A DNA stretch of 64,000 nucleotides, taken from assembly GCA_964535935.1 (NCBI GenBank), contig CAZHWM010000028.1, positions 26,744-90,743 on the forward strand. The letters run 5' to 3'. Of this stretch, positions 57,789 through 64,000 are shown piece by piece. The stretch is from an uncultured Planctomycetales bacterium. GTDB taxonomy: Bacteria > Omnitrophota > Gorgyraeia > Zapsychrales > Zapsychraceae. Within the stretch, counting starts at the first letter, position 1. Every line of letters starts with the position of its first letter. The position numbers and the translations under genes were made by a program. The notes under the pieces were generated by a model, which was not told the origin of the DNA, did not search any database, and saw only the letters and a program-made list of their open reading frames with translations.

Positions 57789-58634
57789 TCATCCTGTAGA
57801 TTGCTCCTGTTTATCTTTTTTTCCCTCCGGTGTTGGGACCTTCATTTTTACTATTTGTCCGTCTCCGACATCAACATATATAATTCTCTTTAATATATTA
57901 ACATCAACAACCTTACCTTTACCCTCAGGAGTCTGGGCCCTTTCTCCCATACGTGGTAAACCTTTAGCATGCTCTTTATAAACCGCAAATTCATATGCCA
58001 TACAACACTTTATCCTACCACAAGCACCTGATATCCTTGATGGATTTAGCGGTAATCCCTGCTCTTTTGCCATTTTAATAGAAAGCGGATGAAATATCTT
58101 CATATATGATGAACAACATAATTGTCTACCACATATACCATAACCATCAACTATTTTAGCTTTATCTCGCACACCAATTTGTTTTAATTCTATCCTAACA
58201 CGAAATATAGCGGCTAAATCTTTTACCAGACTACGAAAATCCACCCTCCCATCTGCAGTAAAGAAAAAAATAACCTTACTGCTATCAAAAGTATATTCTG
58301 CCTTAACAATACGCATCTTAAGTTTTCTGTCTGTAATCTTCCTTATACATATATTAAGTGCATCCCTTGCCTTCATTACATTGTTTTCTATCTGTTTCAT
58401 ATCTCCATTTGTTGCCTTCCGCAAGACCTTTCCTTTTATACCATCACATTTATCAGCCATATCTTTTGATGGATCAGAAATGACCCGGCCATATTCAGAG
58501 CCTCTGTCTACCTCAAGTATCACATAATCATTACGTTCACATTCCACATCATTTAAATCGTAACAATATACCGGACGATATGCACCTAATTTAACTTGAA
58601 CTATCTTCCCCATATCTTCTCCCTGAGAAACCAT
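57789..58634 (-). CDS. ricT: PSP1-domain protein (RicT/YaaT-like)
   Basis: PSP1 C-terminal domain with a conserved Cys cluster (CGRQLCCSSY ... CGRIKCCMAYE). Conserved position after holB. Confidence 0.85.
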   Translation of the reverse strand: MVSQGEDMGKIVQVKLGAYRPVYCYDLNDVECERNDYVILEVDRGSEYGRVISDPSKDMADKCDGIKGKVLRKATNGDMKQIENNVMKARDALNICIRKITDRKLKMRIVKAEYTFDSSKVIFFFTADGRVDFRSLVKDLAAIFRVRIELKQIGVRDKAKIVDGYGICGRQLCCSSYMKIFHPLSIKMAKEQGLPLNPSRISGACGRIKCCMAYEFAVYKEHAKGLPRMGERAQTPEGKGKVVDVNILKRIIYVDVGDGQIVKMKVPTPEGKKDKQEQSTG

Positions 58635-59596
58635 ATTGGTAGCTTTAAATTTAAATTTTCTGATAATAAACGACGTAAATTGATTATATACAAGCTAATT
58701 TCCTCTAACTCTGCAAAAGAAAACCTCTCTTGAAACCGTCTAATATCATGAATACGATCTAGATTAACAAAATTCTCACCATCTTCTTCTACCCCTACCT
58801 TAATCAATAGACAATCGCGTATCCAGCTCAATAATATATCAAAAAATTCTCTTGCCTTTTGTTTATCTTTACAAACCTTATCAATAAGGGTATCACTATT
58901 ATAAGATAAAACAAAGGTATCAATAACCTCATTTTTTATTTTAAAAATATCGATTTGCTTAAATCTCTTTGCCTTACCTAAACACCCTTCTGCAAAATGA
59001 GCAATAAAATTTATATCATCCCCCATATCGTAACATGCCTTTAAACGTAAAGCAAGTGCTCCTATAGAAAGAGGATAAAAATGTATAAGCTGACACCTTG
59101 ACTTAACGGTTGCCATAACCCTTGCAGGCCTAGAAGATGTTAAGAGCAATAAGCTAGATTTCGAGGGTTCTTCCAGAGTCTTTAACAGTGCGTTGCCACT
59201 TTCCTGTGATAGGTTTTCGATATTTGTAATAATAAATATCTTCCTATCTGATTGAAATGGCCTGAGTCGAGACTGACCTAAAATAGTTCTTATATCATCA
59301 ATCTTTATAGTATCACCAAAACCACTTATAAGCCTATGAACATCTGGATGATTACCAGAATCTATCTTCTTACAGGAAGGACAATTATTACAAAACATAT
59401 CCCCCCTATTATACTGAACATCTTCGCAATTAAGCATCTTGGCAACAGCAATAGCAGTTGCTGATTTACCTACATCTGCAGGACCTACAAATAAATACGC
59501 ATGAGCAAGCCTATTACGTCTTGCTAACGCACCTATCCGGGATAATACAACACTATTTATATCTGTCTGAACTTTTTGAGTATCTGAAACTACCAT
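58601..59596 (-). CDS. holB: DNA polymerase III delta-prime subunit
   Basis: AHAYLFVGPADVGKS, a zinc module (CNNCPSCKK) and SRC motif (VKSRCQ). Confidence 0.9.
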   Translation of the reverse strand: MVVSDTQKVQTDINSVVLSRIGALARRNRLAHAYLFVGPADVGKSATAIAVAKMLNCEDVQYNRGDMFCNNCPSCKKIDSGNHPDVHRLISGFGDTIKIDDIRTILGQSRLRPFQSDRKIFIITNIENLSQESGNALLKTLEEPSKSSLLLLTSSRPARVMATVKSRCQLIHFYPLSIGALALRLKACYDMGDDINFIAHFAEGCLGKAKRFKQIDIFKIKNEVIDTFVLSYNSDTLIDKVCKDKQKAREFFDILLSWIRDCLLIKVGVEEDGENFVNLDRIHDIRRFQERFSFAELEEISLYIINLRRLLSENLNLKLPIWFLREKIWGR

Positions 59597-60213
59597 TATA
59601 CACCTAATAATCTATCAACATGCCCGCGTACACAGGCGAATACATCTTCCTCACTACCTTCAACCCTCACAAGCTTTATCCGCTCAGGGGCCTCAGCAGC
59701 TATACGCAAATATCCCTCTCTTACCCGTTCATGATAAGAAATACTGCGGAGTTCAATCCTATCCTTAGGTCTATGTATTCTAGAAAATCCCATCTTTACA
59801 TCAATATCAAAAACAAAAGTAAGATCTGGAGTTATACCCTTAACAGCAAATTCACCTATCTTCTTAATTATATTAATATCTATACCATTACCATAACCCT
59901 GATATGCTAGAGTAGAATCAAGAAACCTGTCACATAAAACAATCCGTCCATTCTCTAATGCAGGAATAATAACCTCTGTTACCAGCTGGGCACGTGCAGC
60001 CATATATAATAACATCTCACACTCATCACACATCCCTGTATTCTTTAGATCTAACAAAATATCCCTTATCCTCTCACTTATATCTGTTCCACCTGGTTCT
60101 CGCACAAATAATACAGAAAACCCCATAGAACTTAAATATTTCGAAACCATCTGTATTTGTGTAGTTTTCCCTGAACCTTCTGAGCCCTCAAATGTTATAA
60201 ATTTCCCTTTCAT
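59596..60213 (-). CDS. tmk: Thymidylate kinase
   Basis: FITFEGSEGSGKTTQ P-loop. DRF and LID region. Confidence 0.93.
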   Translation of the reverse strand: MKGKFITFEGSEGSGKTTQIQMVSKYLSSMGFSVLFVREPGGTDISERIRDILLDLKNTGMCDECEMLLYMAARAQLVTEVIIPALENGRIVLCDRFLDSTLAYQGYGNGIDINIIKKIGEFAVKGITPDLTFVFDIDVKMGFSRIHRPKDRIELRSISYHERVREGYLRIAAEAPERIKLVRVEGSEEDVFACVRGHVDRLLGV

Positions 60214-61616
60214 TCTATATCCATTCTACGAGTAAATACCACCCCTCCACCTGCTGTATCTATCACAGAAAGCCCAAACTGCTGCTGAATTCTTTCTCTT
60301 ATAGCATCCGCCTTTACAAAATCCTTTTGTTTTTTTGCCTGTTGTCTTTCCCTTATCATGTCCTTAACCTCATCAGGAATATCCAGCTCTTGTGGCATCG
60401 TTAATCCTAAGATATCAAAAAATATTGTTATTTTATCATAGACATATATAAATGCATCTTTCTTATTTGCTGATATAAACCTTGCTCCTATATCAATGAG
60501 TTTAAACATTGCTCCAAGTGCGGCGGGAGTATTAAAATCATCATCCATAGCATCATAAAACATACGAACAATATCATCAACCTTGGCAATATCCTTATCC
60601 GATGCCTCCATAGGCTGATTATCCATCTTCTGCCAAGTATGGACCTTGTTAAAAAACTCCCCAAATGCCCTGCGCTGCTTTTGGGCCTCATTCAGCTTAT
60701 CATCAGTAAAATCAATATCACTGGCATAATGGGACGAAATAAAAAATAGCTTAATATTGTCTGCTGAATATCTCTTTACAGCCTCTTCTATTGTTATAAA
60801 ATTTCCCAAAGATTTAGACATCTTCTGTCCATTAATCGTAAGCAACCCATTATGCATCCAGTATCTAGCAAATTGTTTGCCTGTCAAGGCCTCTGCCTGG
60901 GCTATTTCATTCTCATGGTGAGGGAAAATAAGATCACGACCACCAGCATGGATATCCAGCGTATCAGTCTTGAGAAATTTCCTGCTCATAACAGAACACT
61001 CTATATGCCAGCCAGGTCTACCTTTCCCCCAAGGACTATCCCAAAACGGCTCACCTGCCTTTGCCTTTTTCCATAAAGCAAAATCCAAAGGGTCTCTCTT
61101 ACGAGAATCCAGCTCTATTCTTACTGCCTCAAGCATCTTTTCTATACTCTGGCCTGAAAGGCTACCATATTGTTTAAATTTTCGAACACAAAAATACACA
61201 TCACCATCAACCTCATATGCATAGCCTCTATCTATTAGTCCCTCTATATGAGTTATCATATCATTAATATTTTCAGTAGCTCTTGGCTCACAATCTGCCT
61301 TGCTTATATCCAACCTCTCTAAATCCTTCTCATAAAGCGTAATATTCTCCTTAACTACCTCATCAAAACTTTTATTCTGCTCATTAGCCTTTTTGATAAT
61401 CTTATCATCTACATCTGTAATATTACGGATAAATTTTACATTATATCCTCTATGCCTCAGGTATCGCGTTATAATATCAAATAAATATAAACTACGTGCG
61501 TGTCCTATATGGCACTTATCATATACAGTCACACCACAACAATACATTCTTATATCTTTATCCTGTGAAGGGATCAATTTCTCCTTTTGTCTTGACAGTG
61601 TATTATAAATATACAT
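60210..61616 (-). CDS. cysS: Cysteinyl-tRNA synthetase
   Basis: HIGHARS and KMSKSLGN signatures. Zn-binding Cys (YCCGVTVYD). Confidence 0.95.
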   Translation of the reverse strand: MYIYNTLSRQKEKLIPSQDKDIRMYCCGVTVYDKCHIGHARSLYLFDIITRYLRHRGYNVKFIRNITDVDDKIIKKANEQNKSFDEVVKENITLYEKDLERLDISKADCEPRATENINDMITHIEGLIDRGYAYEVDGDVYFCVRKFKQYGSLSGQSIEKMLEAVRIELDSRKRDPLDFALWKKAKAGEPFWDSPWGKGRPGWHIECSVMSRKFLKTDTLDIHAGGRDLIFPHHENEIAQAEALTGKQFARYWMHNGLLTINGQKMSKSLGNFITIEEAVKRYSADNIKLFFISSHYASDIDFTDDKLNEAQKQRRAFGEFFNKVHTWQKMDNQPMEASDKDIAKVDDIVRMFYDAMDDDFNTPAALGAMFKLIDIGARFISANKKDAFIYVYDKITIFFDILGLTMPQELDIPDEVKDMIRERQQAKKQKDFVKADAIRERIQQQFGLSVIDTAGGGVVFTRRMDIE

Positions 61617-61623
61617 AATAAAT

Positions 61624-62301
61624 CTACTCCTTTATCTTCTTCTCCAATTCTGAAACCCTCTTCTCTAATCTACTAAGTGCCTGCATAACAGGATCTAATA
61701 TCTTAACATGATCCATCTTATTATCTATCTTTTTCCCATCCTGTCGTGTAACACGCCCCGGGACCCCAACAACAGTAGTATTCTCTGGTACAGGTTTAAT
61801 GACTACAGCATTTGCTCCTATATAAGAATTGGAACCTATCTTTATATTCCCCAGAACCTTAGCACCTGCCCCCACAACAATATTATCTCCCAATGTAGGA
61901 TGCCTTTTGCCCTGCTCCTTTCCTGTCCCGCCAAGAGTTACACCTTGAAAAAGTGTCACATTATCCCCTATTATTGTAGTTTCTCCTATAACTACTCCCA
62001 TACCATGGTCAATAAACAAACCTTTCCCTATCTGTGCGCCTGGATGTATCTCTATCCCTGTCAAAAAACGAGATATCTGAGAAATAAACCGTGGAATAAC
62101 CGGAATTCCTAACTTCCATAAAAAATGAGCTATTCTGTGAAATATAATTGCATGTAATCCCGGATACAAAAGGATGATCTGCAGATAACCTTTTGCTGCT
62201 GGATCTTTTTCTCTAGTAGCCTGTATCTCTTCATGAAAAACAACCGCAATAAGAAGAAATAAAGCAGCGATAATAAAGATAAATATAAAAAATCCACCCA
62301 T
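61624..62301 (-). CDS. cysE: Serine O-acetyltransferase with unusual N-terminal hydrophobic helix
   Basis: EKDPAA...[15 protein letters not shown], then left-handed beta-helix hexapeptide repeats. The first 21 residues ([21 protein letters not shown]) are strongly hydrophobic. Confidence 0.88.
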   Translation of the reverse strand: MGGFFIFIFIIAALFLLIAVVFHEEIQATREKDPAAKGYLQIILLYPGLHAIIFHRIAHFLWKLGIPVIPRFISQISRFLTGIEIHPGAQIGKGLFIDHGMGVVIGETTIIGDNVTLFQGVTLGGTGKEQGKRHPTLGDNIVVGAGAKVLGNIKIGSNSYIGANAVVIKPVPENTTVVGVPGRVTRQDGKKIDNKMDHVKILDPVMQALSRLEKRVSELEKKIKE

Positions 62302-62306
62302 AAAAT

Positions 62307-62795
62307 CTACTCCTTTTTAACCAATGATACTGATGCAAACGCGGCAATAGCCTCTCCTCTACCAACAGCATCCATCCCCTCTGTGGTAGTTGCCTTTATA
62401 TTCACACATCCTTCTGAAATACCAATAACAGATGAAATATTATCTCTCATTCTATCTTTATAATTAGATAATTTAGGAGCTTGCACCTGTATAATCGTAT
62501 CAATATTACAAACCTTATAACCTTCATCATGCATCATAGCTACTACATCCTCTAAAATTACCAGACTTGATATCCCACGAAACCTATCATCCGTATCAGG
62601 GAAAAATTCCCCAATATCGCCTTTACCAATAGCACCTAAAATAGCATCTGCAATAGCATGAACAAGGACATCTGCATCTGAATGTCCCAAAAGTCCTTTA
62701 TCATAAGGGATTTCAACCCCACCTAAAATAAGGCGTCTACCTTCTTTTAACTGATGAATATCATACCCTATTCCTATCCTTACTTGCATAATCAC
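62307..62795 (-). CDS. ispF: 2-C-methyl-D-erythritol 2,4-cyclodiphosphate synthase
   Basis: [10 protein letters not shown] ... [12 protein letters not shown] Zn/CDP-binding motifs. Confidence 0.94.
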   Translation of the reverse strand: MIMQVRIGIGYDIHQLKEGRRLILGGVEIPYDKGLLGHSDADVLVHAIADAILGAIGKGDIGEFFPDTDDRFRGISSLVILEDVVAMMHDEGYKVCNIDTIIQVQAPKLSNYKDRMRDNISSVIGISEGCVNIKATTTEGMDAVGRGEAIAAFASVSLVKKE

Positions 62796-63499
62796 TATTC
62801 AGTTTTGTGCAAAAATGATTCTGCTATAACTATATCTTCCTTAGTGGTTATCTTTATATTTCTATACTCACCCATCACTATCCTAACCTTATAGCCACAC
62901 TGCTCCACCATACATGCCTCATCTGTGAACAATCCCCCATCTACATCTAACTGCCTCCCAAACCTAGCATATGCAGCAAGCAATATATCTCTTTTAAAAA
63001 CCTGCGGTGTCTGTGCCTCCCATAATTGAGTTCTATCCAAAGTTTTCTTTACAAACCTCCCACTATTATTATCAACCATCTTTACCGTATATTTAACAGG
63101 AACAGCAACTACAACCGCATCCTCATTATAACACCTACTAATTACCTCATCTATCAATTCAAAACTAACAAAAGGTCTTACTCCATCATGGACCACCACT
63201 ATATCTGTATCCATATCAAGTACTTGCAGCCCATTAAAAACAGACCTCACCCTTACCTTAGCACCAGCAACTACTTTCTTAACCTTATTTATCTTATTAT
63301 TCAACACCGCCTCTTTAGCGTATTCCACCCAATCAGGATGTACAACAAGGATAACACTATCTGTTCTGTTGCTTTCTTCAAATGCCTTAAGACAATATAC
63401 AAACAATGGGATATTATCCAACAAAACAAAAGGCTTTGGGACATCAGCCCCCAGTCTCTGCCCAGTACCTGCCATAGCAATAATAGCCTGTGTTTTCAT
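62795..63499 (-). CDS. ispD: 2-C-methyl-D-erythritol 4-phosphate cytidylyltransferase
   Basis: AIIAMAGTGQRLG P-loop-like motif. VHDGVRPF. ATG at 63499 preferred over the TTG at 63505. Confidence 0.92.
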   Translation of the reverse strand: MKTQAIIAMAGTGQRLGADVPKPFVLLDNIPLFVYCLKAFEESNRTDSVILVVHPDWVEYAKEAVLNNKINKVKKVVAGAKVRVRSVFNGLQVLDMDTDIVVVHDGVRPFVSFELIDEVISRCYNEDAVVVAVPVKYTVKMVDNNSGRFVKKTLDRTQLWEAQTPQVFKRDILLAAYARFGRQLDVDGGLFTDEACMVEQCGYKVRIVMGEYRNIKITTKEDIVIAESFLHKTE

Positions 63500-63518
63500 A
63501 AACAAATAACATTAAATA

Positions 63519-63604
63519 GCTATTCTGCACAAATCAACCTTGTTAAATAGTGAAAAATGCACAAATCAACAAGATTGAATTATGCAATAACACTCTATTC
63601 TGCA
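63519..63604. repeat. Tandem doublet of the palindromic repeat family (units 63528-63552 and 63560-63584, 32-nt phasing), bracketed by direct copies of ctattctgca (63520-63529 and 63595-63604)
   Basis: The reverse complement of 63528-63584 is 53/57 identical to 65-121 (hand count), including a 46-nt exact run. Confidence 0.85.
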
Positions 63605-64000
63605 AGATCCGCAAAGATTATCCTGCCTGCTTGTGTCTGCAATATAGATGTAACTACTATCTTCTTTTCCTGCCCAATAAACTCTCTGGCATTATTTACT
63701 ACTATCATAGTTCCTTCTTCAGTAAATGCTAATGCCTGCCCTTGTTCTTTACCTTCTCTAATAAGTTTTACCAGAAGAGTCTCACCTGTCAAAATAAATG
63801 GTTTTATAGCATTAATCAGTTCTCGTATATTAAGTACCTCCACAGATTGCAATCTTGCTATTTCTCCAAGATTAAAATCTGTTGTACATATCCTGGCATC
63901 TATTAATTTTGCCAAATCTATAAGTTTTCTATCTACATTGCGATCGTCAAACTCTTCTGTCTCTTGTACAGATATATCTACATCAGGGTCTTTTTGCATC
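63595..64000 (-). CDS. PIN/TRAM-domain protein (YacL-like), C-terminal part. The gene continues beyond the window.
   Basis: C-terminal TRAM-like segment (GETLLVKLIREGKEQGQALAFTEEGTMIVV) after a PIN-like region. The frame is open to the window edge. Confidence 0.7.
   Translation of the reverse strand, partial: MQKDPDVDISVQETEEFDDRNVDRKLIDLAKLIDARICTTDFNLGEIARLQSVEVLNIRELINAIKPFILTGETLLVKLIREGKEQGQALAFTEEGTMIVVNNAREFIGQEKKIVVTSILQTQAGRIIFADLAE

Noticed and set aside
55-63604. The two inverted doublet repeats near both window ends as boundaries of a mobile element or invertible 63-kb segment
   Set aside because: The interval is filled with core housekeeping genes (mreB, four aaRS, holB, tmk, isp, lpt, mla) and contains no recombinase or transposase. 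The same repeat also occurs internally, so it is a dispersed family. Recombination between the copies is possible, but nothing in this window shows it has happened.

Overview
This is an AT-rich (about one-third G+C by eye), very gene-dense chromosomal segment. It comes from an anaerobic, diderm (outer-membrane-bearing) bacterium that I cannot place taxonomically from sequence alone. The gene content would fit an uncultivated low-GC lineage, but that is a guess. I support about 69 protein-coding genes. Almost all lie on the minus strand in long operons with 1-4 nt overlaps or very short gaps. I recognise no rRNA, tRNA, CRISPR array, transposase, integrase or phage genes, so this is mostly core genome.

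Gene content, left to right:
- SDR epimerase, MetF, the TlpA/CcdA thiol-disulfide pair, ComF, and LptF/LptG.
- An ECF sigma / ZAS anti-sigma operon followed by three small envelope proteins.
- Anaerobic ribonucleotide reductase NrdD/NrdG with tandem NrdR-type boxes over a canonical promoter.
- A radical SAM gene, then a response regulator with MlaE/F/D.
- A TPR protein, a YfhO-like polytopic membrane protein and a hypothetical protein.
- A NosR/NapH-like FMN/Fe-S membrane protein, an AmmeMemoRadiSam-type radical SAM enzyme and an unannotated 57-aa twin-arginine peptide.
- The DtxR-family regulator gene followed, on the minus strand, by feoA-feoA-feoB, with GTTAG-N6-CTAAC operators.
- MreB-MreC-MreD-PBP2-RodA, a fused membrane/spermidine-synthase-like protein, then an ExbB/ExbD-TPR-VWA operon.
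- ZnuABC.
- serS with a membrane protein and an SGNH hydrolase, then MalQ and GlgB, a CNNM/CBS protein, and Alr.
- An orphan ATP-synthase-epsilon-like mini protein, then TsaB/TsaE, ThiL, MtnA and MetG.
- RicT, HolB, Tmk, CysS, CysE, IspF and IspD, and a partial PIN/TRAM gene.

Most noteworthy:
1. A Tol/Ton-type motor operon in which the protein carrying the TolA/TonB-like SxxxH membrane anchor ends in a VWA/MIDAS domain instead of a TolA/TonB C-terminal domain.
2. A family of about 25-nt imperfect-palindrome intergenic repeats. Two loci are tandem doublets with 32-nt phasing. All sit immediately after stop codons inside minus-strand operons.
3. An ECF-sigma operon encoding two extremely basic secreted proteins built from seven perfect-period 18-aa and 17-aa repeats, next to two membrane proteins with acidic hexad-repeat tails.
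4. Clear regulatory architecture that can be read directly from the DNA: the NrdR boxes, the DtxR-type operators and a perfect 28-bp intercistronic hairpin.
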